Of a DNA stretch of 64,000 bases, positions 25,001 to 39,597 are shown one piece after another. The notes under the pieces were generated by a model, which searched no databases, was not told the origin of the DNA, and saw only the letters and a program-made list of their open reading frames with translations. The stretch's first letter is position 1. The number at the start of each line of letters is the position of its first letter. Source of the stretch: Syncephalis fuscata S228 (lineage: Eukaryota > Fungi > Zoopagomycota); the NCBI GenBank assembly GCA_025786725.1, contig JAHLTZ010000003.1:744001-808000 (forward strand). Direction: 5' to 3'. Both the position numbers and the translations under genes were made by a program.

Positions 25001-26578
25001 TCGAACAACAGATTATGAACGGTAAAGATGTTGGTCGACCCGTATTCCACGTATGGTCTTTACTATTCCAACGACCTAATGCAAAGCGTATTAAACAAGC
25101 TCATGGTAAATATGTATATATATATATATGAATGATTGTCATGATGGTTATAGTCTAATATAATGCTAGTTGACTTGTTTCGACGATATACACATCGATT
25201 AACCAAGGCCATTGAAGCGAATGGCGAATATGAACGTATTATTGATGGTAAATATTAATAGCAATATTAATTACTAAGCTTATCTATTCTATCATTAATA
25301 TTAATTAGGTTGCTTTGAGAATTATCCAAATGTTCGATATCATGACCATGCTATGAAAAAACCAGTAATGATTGCTCAATGGTTTCATTTATTCGAGAAA
25401 TTACATAGTGGAGCGACTGGGGCACAACATCATACAGAGCTGTATCCATATCTTTCGTATCCAGCCATAGCTATTCATCCATTATTTGCAGGTAGTATTC
25501 ACCAGTCAATTGCTTATCCAAAGACTATGTATTCAGTAAGTAATGATGAATACCATATATATATATATATTAATAATGCCTATATTTTATAATTAGACAA
25601 AAGCCACTGCGAAATCCCATCAGAATCTTTTAGATCAATGGCGGCAACATTTAAATGCAACGACACGGCGATCATTTACCCGACATCATGCCCATCTTGA
25701 ATTGCTACCTTATCTATTGCGTATTATTTCGCCGTCTATTAAATCAGCAAGTATTTACTATATTAAATCTATTAACTACTAACGATATAATATAGATTAA
25801 TGCCCAATTGATTAAAGTACACGAACGTCCTCGTGTACACCGAGTTGTAGCTTTAATGCTTAACTTTGGATTGTTATACACACAAGAGCGACTTGAAAAT
25901 GGGCAATTCTATTATCGATTAGAGCCGTAAGTAATTATACGTTAATTGCATCATTAATAGTCAAGTGCTAATACATGACACATACATAGTCCACTAGAGG
26001 CAATAACTCAGTTTACAGAATTGTCCAACAAGAGTGTATTGCCTAAAAGCTATGCAACTCGTCAAATGTTATCACAACTAGTCAGTAATTACATTTTAGT
26101 CAAACTTTAACATTGACACTATTGTATAGATTGAAGTGGAAAGACTTGCCCGTAAAGAACAAGCCTTAACCATGGCTGAAACGTATGTAATACTGATGTT
26201 AATAAGAATATATATTAATATAAATATAAAATAGTCAAAAGAATAATAACACACCTCGAAAACCATTAAAATCAGCTACAATTCAACCAATTATTAAGGT
26301 AAAGTATTTATATAAATGTTAATTAATTTATTAATCTATTTATTATTAATGATAAAGGTCCCAGTTGACTTCTTTGGACGTCCCATTCAACTCAAATCAA
26401 ATACAAATGACACTAATAATGATCAATCTGGTATGTAATAAATGATAACATTTGACATTTAAAGATTAACCAAATAAATATAGACGTACAAAAACAACAT
26501 TCCATTTGGTACACGTTCAATGAGGGATTTTCAAATGCCGTTCGTAGACCAGTTACTATTAAGGAATTACTTGTTTAA
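22010..26578 (+). CDS. CTF18: Chromosome transmission fidelity protein 18 (RFC-like clamp loader); many introns, long low-complexity N-terminus
   Basis: Motifs are LWVNKYSPQRFTDL, Walker A GPPGLGKT, EVNASDDR, IIDEIDG and LRPIICICND. The C-terminus has DFFGRPI and WYTFNEGFSNAVRRPVTIKELL. Confidence 0.93.
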
Positions 26579-26816
26579 TGAATTTAAATGCGTATTATTA
26601 TTATTATAAAACAAGTTATTTTCTATTTGACTTGTAACTACTCGTTATTTATCATTTCGTCATATTCTATTGTTGTTTTCACTTGTATCTTGCTCATCTT
26701 GTTTCTGTATACCTCATATATCCTATTACTATTGTTACTATTACTATTGTTACTATTACCACCACTATAGCTACTACAGCTACTATAGCTACTACAGCTA
26801 TTACAAATTTGTTAGT

Positions 26817-29800
26817 ATGGCCGTCACTTTACACAGCGAAGTACTTTTGGAACAACTAGAAGTAAGCAGTTGGCTATAGATGAATGACAGATATGCAATA
26901 ATACTTACTCTTAGCTCATAAATAGTGGTTGAAACAAACTGAATGGCTAGCGATAGATGACGACACCGCTACTCGACTATCGTCGTTGGCTGAAACACAC
27001 CCAACGCGCTTCTATAGACCGCTACTTTCTTGCGTCACCGCCAATAAAGTAAGTCGTGTTGCCACTGACCTCGGCCAACTTATACACCTTTCGAATCTAT
27101 TGCGTGGCAATACATTCTTCTTTACCAATCTCGATCTGGCCACGACGGTACTAGCAAGTGAACCACCACAATCAAACGGTTCTACACTTGGTCAATATGC
27201 ACTTATACTTGAATATACACTACGTATTGGCGAGTTGAAGCGGTCCAATACGGTAAAATATAGCTAATTTACTAGAAATATAAACAACTATACTAATATT
27301 AGATGTTTATAGATGTCAAAGACAGAACGAGCTCGTATTGCCGCATTTCTACTCCAGTTAGAACATCGTATTTCAGTTATGCTTGTAGCACGCGTAAGTG
27401 GTGTATTTTATTAATAAAGTTGTGTTGTATTAATTAGTAAGTAAATAATAGGAAGCAACTCAGCGATCAGCGCCCATTTCGCTGCTTGTACTGCTGGTTG
27501 GTCTGTTATCAGAAATTAGACACGTTGTTCGAGCCGAACCACTTAGGTAATAGCTACGTTTAATAAGTACAATAACTGTGTATACTAATTAGTTGATTCG
27601 CTTGAATAGTCGACCGAATTGGCTTGATTTAATTGTGAAACGAGTGGCTGGCCACACGGCAGTTACAGAAATTAGTGAAACCACCGCCAATTGGTCAACA
27701 GTTCGATCTAAACTAGCCCGTGTCTATGACCGATTATCACGTACGGGAATATCAATGGAAGAGGCAAGTATGAATATATCAAATTGATACAATAGATAAC
27801 TTATCGATTGATACTTAGAACGGTGAACTACAACATACGACGCAACCGGCCATGATGGTCCATCGACTGCGTGGCTGGGTAACATCAGAGCTTATGTCGA
27901 GAATGCCCGCTTATTCACGCGGTTCGCTACTTGTACAATGGAGTGAAATAGTACGTGTACGTATTCAACAACTGGCCAACTATTCGCTTGATCCACTAGC
28001 CGCTTATTTATCGGCCATTATGGCTAGTTGGACGCTACTATCTGAACCAAATCAGCAGCAAGTTCAATTGGCGGTTTGGCGGCTTGGGCCTCATGTTTAT
28101 GGAGAACGAGCCCGCCTCCTATTCTCACTAGCCATTCAAACACCACTAACCTTTGACGATATTATTTATCAAGAATTACCGAAAGAATATATAACTGCAC
28201 CTATAAGGTAAATCTATATTATTATTATTATTATTAAATATTGATTAGTTAATATTAATAAATGATTACTATAGTCTAGATACTACATCCAGAAAATATG
28301 CTGAACAACAACTTAACTGGGTAAATTACATGTCACTTGCTCTATCTGATCGATGTCGTGTTCAACTCGATAAAATATCTGTCGCTGGACTAAAGCGAAA
28401 AGCGTCAACGCTTATGCCACCACCATTGCCGTTTATATCAACGGATATTGATACCGATAAGCGTGGAGAATTCATGGTCGGTGCAAGTATACTTGAGGCA
28501 CAATTAGGACAGCTTGGTATTAGTGACGCTGAACGGACAGCTCAAGAGAAGCGTGAACGACTTACTGAACGAGTATTATTCCAACAATCGGCGTTCATTG
28601 ATGGCCAAGAACGCGGTCTACGTCATCGAGTACGATTGTTGCCAGGCCAAGAAATAATCCACCAACAATTAACGGCACTCTGTCAACATCCATCGGCATT
28701 AATTGCTACCCGGGCCATTGAATTACTAGGTGCCTATGAGCGTGATGAACCAATGCTGTTATGGCGATCGCCCCATTCGGCTATTGGTAATGCTAAACCA
28801 GCCGATAGACCAACTGGATTACATAGAATAAGATGCCATGCATCGCTAGTTGGCCATATGACACCGACATCGGTCAACTCAACGATTAACTTTCTAGCCG
28901 GTATGGTAAAATACGGTTTACGTGAAAAGCCCGAATTGCTTGATTCCATTCTAGTTGAAGTCTACCCGGCCCTCACGGCCCTTGTGCCTTATACGGGTAA
29001 AATGAGTATCCGTGAATTACGTAAAAATAAACTAGAAGCCATGGTAACACACGCTGCCGACTTTTGGTTAGGCAATAGTCATCAAGATGGGCATGATGCT
29101 ATTCATGAGATTAATCGCGGCAAACCATTAACCAGCCAGCTAAAGTCTCAATTAACGCGAACAGCTTATATTCGTATTGCCCAGGCTCAATGGCTCACTT
29201 CGATTATTCAACATGCACCGGACGAATGTCTTGATCTATCCAAGATTATTGTTAGTTTTATTCCTGATTTACCGCGAATTACAGGTGCTACAGCCAAATC
29301 GTTGGATGCTCAATATCTACACGATCTTGTTTATTTACGGGCCAGTGCATGGCTCACCTTTTTGGTAGCAATGATTGATCTTGTCGATGAACATCGAGTT
29401 AGTGCAGAACATGTAGTATCGATGGCCGGTGGTCTAGATTGTATACTGCGCTATTGCTATGAAGATGCTATTGTATTACCGCAAGTACTTATGGCTTATG
29501 AGCGATTAAGTCGACGTTTTCGTGCTTTATTGGCTCAAACATCTGGTGATCACATTATTCTACCGGCTCTATTTGAAGTCTATGCTCTACTCCATCCAAA
29601 GCCGGCTGCAGGACAAATTGAACTTGCTTGGAAGACATTACGAGATATTGCACCAGATGAATTTTTATTCTCTGCTTTATGTGCTGTAGCGCCTATTATT
29701 GTAGAAGATGACGATAGTAAAAAACAGGAACACGAAGATGATTACCATGAACATGCTAAACGGTATGTCAAAACACCAGAGGAGCGTGCCTGGCTATTCT

Positions 29801-32123
29801 TCCAATTACTGCTTAAATTAGATATACGTGGATCTAATAATTATATTGGACTATCGGCTACTAATACAGTATCATTGGCCATGAATACGAATACCATAAC
29901 ACCGGCCACTATGAAACGAAATAGAGGATTTACCAATGGCGATGCCAATACATCAAATAGCGCAAATTTATTTGGTTCAATGAGTGGAATAGCAATAACC
30001 AAGACAACATCAACCGGCGTTACTTCAAATTCAACAGGAACAGCTACAACAATAAACGCTACAACAGCTACTGGCAAGGCTATGAATTCAACGAATATGG
30101 AATCGATGATCATGAACCACGCTTCGTTAGCCATGGCTGCTTCCATTCCAATGGATTATCGTTCATGCTGGTTGATGTTAACAATAGTCGACATGTAACA
30201 GAAACGTTAAAGCTACTCGTTACTATTATTGCATATGATCCAACATTAAGAATTGCTGAACACTTTACAAAGCTATTTCGTTTACTATTGCCTAACTGTA
30301 CGGCCAATGATGTACTTTCATCGTCTATCGATGCATTATCGCCGGTAATGCGTGATTTTGCTAAACATTCAAAGTATTTAGACTCAAAGACTGCCAATAA
30401 CAATAGTAATTTTGGTAGCAATAGCAATAATAACAATAATAACAATAATAATATAGAGACTAAATCCATTATTAGTCATATAACAACTGAAGATACAGAA
30501 AAACGTACCAAGAATGACCATATTATTATTCGACAAGAATATATTCGTTTATTATGTGTTTATATTGAACATACTGGCCAATTGACCTGGCGACAAGCCA
30601 AATGTGCCTGTCTAGTTATACGATCTACGTTAAAAGATTTAGTGGCGGCCAAAATAGCTCACCCCACAGAATGGGTGGGCCGATTTCTTGATGGACTCGC
30701 TCAAATACCCGATCGATCACTTATTACACGTATTATTGAATTCTTTTTACGACAATTAGCACCAATATTTAACAAGCTATTTGTATCAGCCGATTATACC
30801 GGTTTAGTCGATGGACTGGCTCGATTATTAGGTGAACATAACTATGGCAATATTCCATCTATACACGAGCTGGTACTTGATCGATTTATACAGCCCATGC
30901 TTGTAGGTATTGATCGACATTTAGCGATGCGTGATTTGGTGGGTATGACTGGTCGATTACTAGCATCACTTTTATTACATAGAGATACAGATGTGGCCGC
31001 TCTATTAGATACCGCATCACCTCAATTGCAATGTCAATTGTTACCACGTATATGTACAGCATTAGCACAACTTACACTAGCCACTACAGAAACAACAACT
31101 GCAACTGCAACTGCAACAACAACAACAACTGCTGCTGCAACTGCAACCATGACGGCTACTATGTCCACTACAACACCTATACCTTTATCAATGGCCTCTA
31201 CTGCCACCACCACTATAGCTATGGATGAATCAAAATCTAAACCAGTATTTCAGCGTAATTTGTCCAACAGTCGAACCAATCCAGTCAAGGCCACCTCATT
31301 AGTATGGCGTTATCCATTGCAATTAATCGAGGCTGGCTACACTGCTGTATTAACGATTCAATCGTCGAAAACAACCATTGGTATAAATCATAGCTTAGGA
31401 CCTGGCGCTAGACGGGCTAGTCTACTTGCTGTCGGCGGTGTAGGTGCCGTTGAAGATGCCACCATGTATAGTATGATTAGTCAACTTGCCTTATCACTTC
31501 GTGTTGTTCTACTAATGCTTGGTCGACATCCAGTCATTGCCGATGCATTACCGATGCGTCATTGGGTATCTCGTATGATACGCGCATTTCTTACCTTCTT
31601 TGGCAATTGTCTTACTACGTATGCCGCCACCCATATCGATAATACAACACCGGGACTATCACCATTATCCCATATGATCGAGATGGTGAATCTGCCGAGA
31701 ATGCATCTAACCTACAGTATAGTCGTAGTCGTCGTATGCATACTGTAGGTCCCATGGCCACTGTAGCATTAACTGTATGGACACTAAGTGAACAGCTACT
31801 AATGGATCGCCATTTACTATTCTCGTGTCAATTGTTATTACGACAAGTATTACAATCGGCCATTGACATCGATTGGTGGCATCCACCACTAATAGCTACA
31901 CTGCCAATAACGATAGTGGCAGAATACAACTACGCCTAATGATATATCATCTATACCGGCTACAGCAGGATTGGCTGAACGTTTACACGATACAACTGAT
32001 CAAGCAATGGCTCGTATTTATGGTTACCTAGTTGAAGGACGACGACCAGTATTTAGTTCAGTTAAACAACGACTTGATAGTATTAATCAAGATTTAAGTA
32101 CTTTACGTTTAGCCGGTGCCTAA
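26817..32123 (+). CDS. Large alpha-solenoid protein resembling fungal UNC80-C-terminal-domain proteins; spliced, with several frameshifts
   Basis: RFYRPLLSCVTANK, STLGQYALILE, EPMLLWR, IRELRKNKLE and YDPTLRIAEHFTKLFRLLLP recall fungal proteins annotated as UNC80 C-terminal domain. ORFs 26929-31939 are collinear and the stop is at 32121-32123. Confidence 0.6.
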
Positions 32124-32383
32124 TCTATCTATAACAGTTTATACAATAAACCATTTTATTTATTTATATTTATTATTTAAAAGGTTAGTTTTAAGTGATT
32201 AAAACAAGCAAAGAAAGCAGCAAGTGTAGACATATGTTATCAATAATAAACTAATTATAAGCAAAATCCCATCAAATTACATGTATAAAGAAGTACAAAG
32301 CAGTAAGAATAGTGATGCAGTAATATGCAATAATAGTAATCATTATCATCCTCATTATCATAACAGTTGTCATTGATTAATAT

Positions 32384-35300
32384 CTATGATGATACATCTT
32401 CCACAGAAATAAGTGATGTCATCGTTGTTATTACAGAATGACCTTTGATTATAGAATGCTCTTCAGTATCTTCAGTATCTTCCTCCTCCTCCTCCTCCTC
32501 CTCTTCACCCTGGCTATCTTTTAACAGTACAACTCTATCGCGATATCCACGTAGAACATCAACCGGAAATGGTTTGGTTAAATATTCCCATATACCGGCA
32601 CTGGAAGCACGAGCCTTTAGGTCTTCACTAGTATCTGCCGTATTGAGTACACATAATGGATCACGAGGCCAATTCAATGATCGTAATTGACTAATTGTTT
32701 CAATACCGTCAATGCCCGGTAAATGAAAGTCCATCATAATTAAGGCTAAACATTGAGGTGGATTTGACTTTAGTAGTTGTTCAGCTCTGGCCACTGCTTC
32801 TTCACCAGAAGTGGCGGCTAAACATTCAAATCCCACTGATTCCATACGTCGTAGTAATAAACGTAGATTAATTGGATTATCGTCACAGCATAATGCCAAT
32901 GGATTGGCTGGTGGTAGTGGTGATGCTACACTATCACTGTCCGTGCCTGTATTATTAATATTCATATTATTACGGTCACGTCGTGGTTTAGGTGGCACAC
33001 CAAGTGATGGAATACGATGAAGTGGATGTGGTGGTTGTTGATTAAAATACGATGCCAGTCGAGGCATTGGATGATCTTTAATAAACGCTGTATCAGTAGC
33101 ATTATCATGATGATCATTATCGTCATTATTGGTATTGGCAGGTATAGACAGTGTTGATGCCGTTGACGGTGTATCATTGGCTGTTACTACTCCATTGGCT
33201 ATTGTTGTGGCACTTGGTGGTGCAGGTGGTGTTTTTGGAGATACAATTGACGTACTAAATGAATCATTGACCGTAGATGTGTTTGTACCACGATGTGTTG
33301 TCTATATATACATATATATACATATATATTTAACAACATTATATTAACAAAATTATAGTATGACTTACCCTCATTAGTGACGATGTTGATGGCGGTCCAC
33401 TTAGTGCGTATAAACTTGATGGTCCTTCAAAGTAGGGACACCAATCAGTACAGGAAACAATAGGCTCTTCAGTAGTAGGTGGCGTAGGACAGATAGAAGT
33501 AGCTGAAGAACCCATAAATGCCGGTGTCCATGGCGTATGTGACATTAATGACATTGGATGTACTGAGTTTGAATTGGTTGATACGTTTGTAAAATACGAT
33601 GGTGATTTCATGGCAGTTGATGCTGCTGTAGCTATTGTTGTTGCTGATGTTGTGGCAGTTGTTGGCGTTGGTGTTGTTGTTACTGGTGTTGTTGTTGTTG
33701 CTGTTGTTGTTGCTGTTGACGATGAGCCTGTTGTGGTATTAATTGACATACCCATAGCCTTTTTACTAACAACTACTACTTCATCGGCTGATTGGTCGTT
33801 ATTATTCTGATCTGTGTCTTTTACTTCTTTTCTTGAAGTATTACGTGCTATTGAGGTACACAATTCATGAATAGGTGCTAATACATCATTGTCTATATCA
33901 GCTATATCAAGTTCATTTGACAATTTAGTGTCAAAGCCATTTGGAATATGAGACAAAGCACTTGAGCTGATAGCACCATTATTCGTATTATTGGCTATAG
34001 TAGACACGCGTGTATGTTCATCAGGTGTTAGTAAAGGTGCACTATTCATTGAAAAGGGCAGCCAGTTCTTATGACAAGCTGAATAGGATGGCATCATTTC
34101 ATCTTCATTGTCTGAAACAGTTAACCAGTTAGATGAAATAGCATGTAAACTACGGTGACGTCGATGTCGTTTGGAACGACGACTAGTTGAACCCTGTCGA
34201 CGTGGTCCTCGACTATCACGTCGTCTAATAGAATGGCTACCATTACTATAACTCAATCCACTTATTGGATAGAGACCAGCAGTTGGGGTTAATGGATTGG
34301 ATGCAGTAGTACCAGATAGTCGTTGTCCATCTTCATCCACTTCTGGTGTCAATTGTGAATCATCAGTATACGTTGAAATAGATGATTTACGCGAATGATT
34401 CGAATGAATGTGACTATCTGATGAAAGTGTACGTCGATGTGATTCTGTATAATCACGTAAATGTGGATAATATCGAAACTGTTGCATAAGTCCTTCATCT
34501 TGAACCATTGGTTGATTGAAATAAGCTGAATCTTCCTCTACTACTATATCTTGTTTGTTCACTTTACCATTGACAGGTTGGTTGATGGTAGATTCATTCA
34601 TTGATTTATCCGCCGTTAATAAGTGATGGACGGGTAGTGCAGGTGACCAGGCTGATGTAGTCGCGCATGATTCAGTATAGATACCAGTTGGTTGACCATG
34701 AGATCGTAGCCGATGTCGGCAAAAGTAGTCATGTTCACAACTAGTAGTATGTATATTTGTGTTATCCATATTTAAAGATTCAGTATCATTGGTTAACATC
34801 ACATCTGTAGTTACTGGTACACTTTGAGCAGTAGATGGTATATGCAGTAATGGGCCATCGGGTTGATTTGTCGATGCTGATTGTATTGGCGGTGTTTGAC
34901 GTGATCGGTCACGTAAGCTATTTGATCTTGATATCATGGTTTCTGTGCGATGGTTACCCAATGACGCTGATGACGCTGATCGCGAACCAAGTGTAGTGAC
35001 AAACATGGACGCGGGCAATACAACCTGGAACAGTGTACCATAACCTTTACGAGAACATACTCGAAGCCGTGCACCCAATTGATCCGCATAAGTTTTAGCA
35101 ATATATAGACCAAGGCCAGTACCACGATATGGTCGTTCCTAAACATACTATTAGCAAATACAATAAATGTAATAATATAAAGCTTACAGTTGCTCTAGAA
35201 CTGGTAGCAAATGGACGCCATGCTGCTTGTCTAATAAAATCAGTCTCCATACCACAGCCACTATCTCTAATAGAAATAATAACGCCATCTTGGTGTGAAT

Positions 35301-37143
35301 CATCAATTATATCATCATTAATCACTTCACTATTAATTGTGTTAAATAGTGATTTGGTTCTTTTGGGAAGAATTGGTTCATCAAATGTAAGATTAGATGA
35401 ACGGCGAATATGATCATTCGATTTAATATGTAACATAGTAGCAATCTTATCCCATGAAGTGTGTTGACGTTCATCGGTAGTGGTTGTTGTTGTTGTTGTT
35501 GTTGATTGATTCGATCCATTTTTACTTAATCGATGTGCCGTATGTTGTTCAGGCAATAACTGTTCTTGTTGATCAATTTCTTCTTCATTTGGCTGTTCAT
35601 TTTTACGTGATGATATTATTTGTTGAAGTGATTTAGAATATCTACGTCTCGGTACACGTGATATGCAAATCCATACACTGCCATTAACATGAGCGGTGAA
35701 TTTGAGTGCATTAGAAAGACCGGCCGTTAACACTTTAGTTAACATGGCACCGTCAGTACGTAGAACAAGTCGATCTACGCGAATACTTCGAGTAATACAT
35801 CGATGAACTGGTACTTTATCACGGCTATGACTATCGGCAATAAGTGCGTCCATGGCATTGATCAATGCTTTTAGTGGCAGTTCTGCGTAGATAGGACGCA
35901 GTGGGCCACGTTGAATATTTGAATAGCTCATAACATTCTCTAACGTCTCACTTAGTGCTTGAGCACTCTCTTTAAGTGTATGATGCCAATTGGCCATTTC
36001 AGGTCGTTTCTGAACGGCTGGCAATTGATTCGGATTATTCGTGTGATTCATTTCCCGTAGTATTTCAAGTGCACCTAACACGCCTAATATACACGTTAAT
36101 ATACAATTATTACTATTGATAAATATATTTACCATGTAATGGGGTGCGTATTTCATGAGAAAGCGATTCAATCAATTCATTGCGTTGTTTACAAGCTGTA
36201 GCAAGTCGCTGATTTAATCGGCGATAACTATACATGACTAGTAGATGCAGTGCTGCACTGGTACTAACTAGCCACATATCAACTAGAGTAACATTGCGCA
36301 TAAACAGGTGAGAGAAAAGCAATATGGCCGCTAAAAGTAATCCAGCTATTGGTCTATTGGCAAATGAAATGGGTATATTGATACTAAATAACAGCATTAG
36401 TAATATATACTAGTAAATCAATTTTAGTAAATCAATTCTACTACTTACAAATAAAAATAATAATGAACCAATGTAGATTTTTCACCGCCGGCTATAACAC
36501 GAATCCATACAATAACTAGTGCACAAGCCAAACGCCATCGTGATACTTCTTGTTCTCGGTATAAATGAATTCGTTCCGTGTCACTTAATTGTTCGGCTAG
36601 ACCTGAATGTCTATTATGGCTGTTGTGGCTGTTGCTGCCGCTGTTAATGGTGCTGTTGATATGAACATCGTTATTCATTTCATCACGGCTACTATCAAAT
36701 CCTAGTGCAGATTTTAATGCACCAGCAATTGAGCTATCATAATTTTCATCCAACGGCATATGTTCTACATCAAATGTCGAAGAAGCAAGTGCTGATTCGT
36801 CGGTAAAGTTCATAACATTTCGAATAGCATGCGATATAAGTTTTCTAAACCAAGAATAGCTATTTCGACGCTGCGTATATGGCTCCTGTTGTTTTTCCTG
36901 CTGTTTTTGCAGTCTCTGTTGCTTTTGTTGTTGTTTAAGTCGTTTCCATTGACGTCGAGGCCTTACACCAAAAACAAAATAATCAATAATATTTGCTAAT
37001 GCCATAAGCCAGGGTCTATTGGCCAATAAAGTGCTGGCAACTGAGGCTAGTATAAGATTGAAGTGCAATAGCTCAGAAAACACTTTACGATTAAGGCCAG
37101 CCAGCCAGTTGCTTAAAGATTTACGGTGCTTTTCTAATAACAT
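32384..37143 (-). CDS. Membrane-associated hybrid histidine kinase (HisKA - HATPase - receiver)
   Basis: H box LSHEIRTPLHG, N box LSNALKFT, G1 IRDSGCGM, G2 RGTGLGLYI, and receiver DDNPIN...MMDFHLPGIDG...LTKPF. Hydrophobic helices precede the H box. Confidence 0.92.
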
Positions 37144-37552
37144 GGTGAAAGTAGATTACTTGAACCAGTATAGTAGTGGAAAGCCAGCACGATGGTAGCA
37201 ATGACCGTTACCGTGATAACGGTGCAATGTCGTGTATGACCTGCTGTTGTTGTTGGTTAACTTCGTTCTTGTATCGTGGCTATAATCGTTGTCGGTTTGT
37301 TGTAGAACAACAATCGCTGTAGCAATATAAAGTTACGCAATCAACAAAAGTAGCTATTTAGTACACTGCAATAATATATCGTGTAGAAGGTAGAGATGGC
37401 AGCGGTCGTATTTATAAATGCACAAAAGTCACTCTTAATAGAATGTATGCATATATAGTAGTGAAAGTGTAATAGAAAACAAGTGTAATGGCAATATAGG
37501 TGGATAGCTATATGAGTAGCTATAGCGCTAATAGATAGAAGGATGGCGATAA

Positions 37553-37592
37553 TGAGATAGTGAGATAGTGAGATAGTGAGATAGTGAGATAG
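37553..37592. repeat. 8-bp tandem repeat (TGAGATAG)x5 upstream of the histidine kinase
   Basis: Directly visible in the sequence. Confidence 0.9.
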
Positions 37593-38924
37593 AGGGAAAA
37601 GAAAGAGTCAAAAGACGATAGTATACACTGTCAACAGCTACAGAAGGAGAAAAGAAAGCTCAAATAGGAACTAGTTGTCGATGATATGTTTGGCTTGATG
37701 TAGGAAAAAAGAAATACCTTGTCTTAGAACAGCTCCAATAGTATTGCTTTCATAACCTAGAGTAATAATAACACAGCTAGGAGTAAAGACCAAGTACAAT
37801 GGCCACCATACACCCTACACAATGACTATTAGAGATAAGCGAGAGAAAAGAGAGCAGATAGAATAAGCACGAGAAGTCAATCGTTGTATATGGTTAATAG
37901 GATATGCCTTACAATGACTGATTGGTGGGTGGATTGAGCGTGCGTGCTAGTTGGTTGGTTTAAAGAATAAAAGTGAATTCCATAAACATAAGCCCCATAC
38001 AGTTACACTACCCAAATATCCACTAATGATTTACGTGGTTCTACCAATGCATTTGTCCATTGAGTGGCATCGTGAATAGGCCGTTGCTATGGTAGGTAAA
38101 CAGTACACTGGACTCCTTTTTCTGAAGGTCCTTCCTTCCTTCCTTCCTTCCTTTCCTCCTCACTCTCCTTCAAGCTCACATTGTTTTTACAATCCTATCT
38201 GCTTACACCGGATCTATATTCCCCGCGGCAACCACATTATTGGTTTGAGTAGCGCTACTGTGTAGCACCATTGCTGTTACAGCTGCAAGTAGGTGCACGT
38301 GCCAGTTCGGTAAGGGGTCATTTACAAATCCGTACACCCCTTTGGTTGCCATTGCATATATCTAAAGATCACTACTGATAAGCAATTGGTTGGTTATGGC
38401 CATCCATCAGTAGAACTATTATTGATTTATGTTTGTATGTTTGTATGTACGCTGTATGTACATATAGTTGCTGTATACCGCAAATGAGTGAGACTTGTAG
38501 TTTTTCGCTGAATCGGTTTTTCTTATTTACCGACCATCATGGTTTAACAGCATATCGGTCCATGCATGCTTAGTGTGACGGTCAATTTGCCGTGTCTTAT
38601 GGAGCTTGTGTATAGACTGCATAGACTAGTTACGCAGGTCATTAATCCCCTTGTATTTATTATTTTGAAGCATTTTACTTTAACCCCCTGCCCTTCCCCA
38701 TTTTTTGGAAATAAAATATATATTGGAAGTTTTACTAGAATTTAAATAGTGTATACACAATTGTAATGAATTTATACATGTTAAAATAAATACATTATAT
38801 ATATATGTAGCTAGTAAAGCATTATATTATCTTTTAAATATACAACGTGTCACATTTTATGCATATTAGAAGTGTTATGCAATGATACTTTCTAGATAAT
38901 AATATATTCAGAATACTCTTTTCG

Positions 38925-39368
38925 ACAATGGTGTCATTGTTTTAATGACAACATTATTCTATGTTTGCTTATCTTATCTGTTATCTATTTTTTATTACAC
39001 TTATTGTTTTATTAACGGCATATCCTATAATTATATTTGCTTTTATGTAATTGTTTTTATTCTTTGTTTTATTTTACTACTTGAACAATTAACTAAATAA
39101 TCAGTGATATCATTGCTAAGATAGCTAATGTGGTTGTAATTGTAGTGAATGTAACTCATTGTAATATGTTAATATTCGATCAATCTTTCTATACATGGCC
39201 AACAACAACAATGATCAGTTTCAAATGTTTCAAAGAAAACAAATAATATGTTATATTATATATTCAATTCAATTATTAACAATATTTTAATAATAAGTAA
39301 TATAATTATGTCACGTATAACAACGGCATGACTTTAATTGGAACAAATTTTACTTTAAAGACTCAAAA
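38925..39368 (+). mobile_element. Degenerate repeat: segment D, short Fanzor C-terminal remnant, terminal segment E
   Basis: 38925-39090 resembles 42172-42326. 39166-39260 reads VNIRSIFLYMANNNNDQFQMFQR and matches 6675-6770. 39272-39368 matches 13572-13670 (inverted). Confidence 0.7.
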
Positions 39369-39597
39369 TAAAATTTAGCCATTTTTTCCTCTACCTCGGC
39401 TATAGATACAAGACCAATGCATTTAATAGTGTTATTATTACTAATATATAGTAGTCGTATTAGCAATAACAATAACTAATAACCAATAGCTAATAGATAA
39501 ATAAATGATAATCAATTTGTTTATTTTAGGATTAAAACTATTGAATAGCTTTATTACGGTTTTAATTAACGCACACATATGCTCATTCATTATGTTG

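Noticed and set aside
26588-26810. Hydrophobic and Tyr-rich short ORFs before the UNC80-like gene
   Set aside because: They are produced by (TAC/TAT)n and 9-bp ctactayag simple repeats in the spacer or 5' UTR.
38228-38350. U4atac-like start (aacca...gcgctactgt) with inverted repeats ggcaacca/tggttgcc and aaggggt/acccctt
   Set aside because: The kink-turn motifs and a correctly spaced Sm site are missing. The similarity is short and no U12-type intron was seen.
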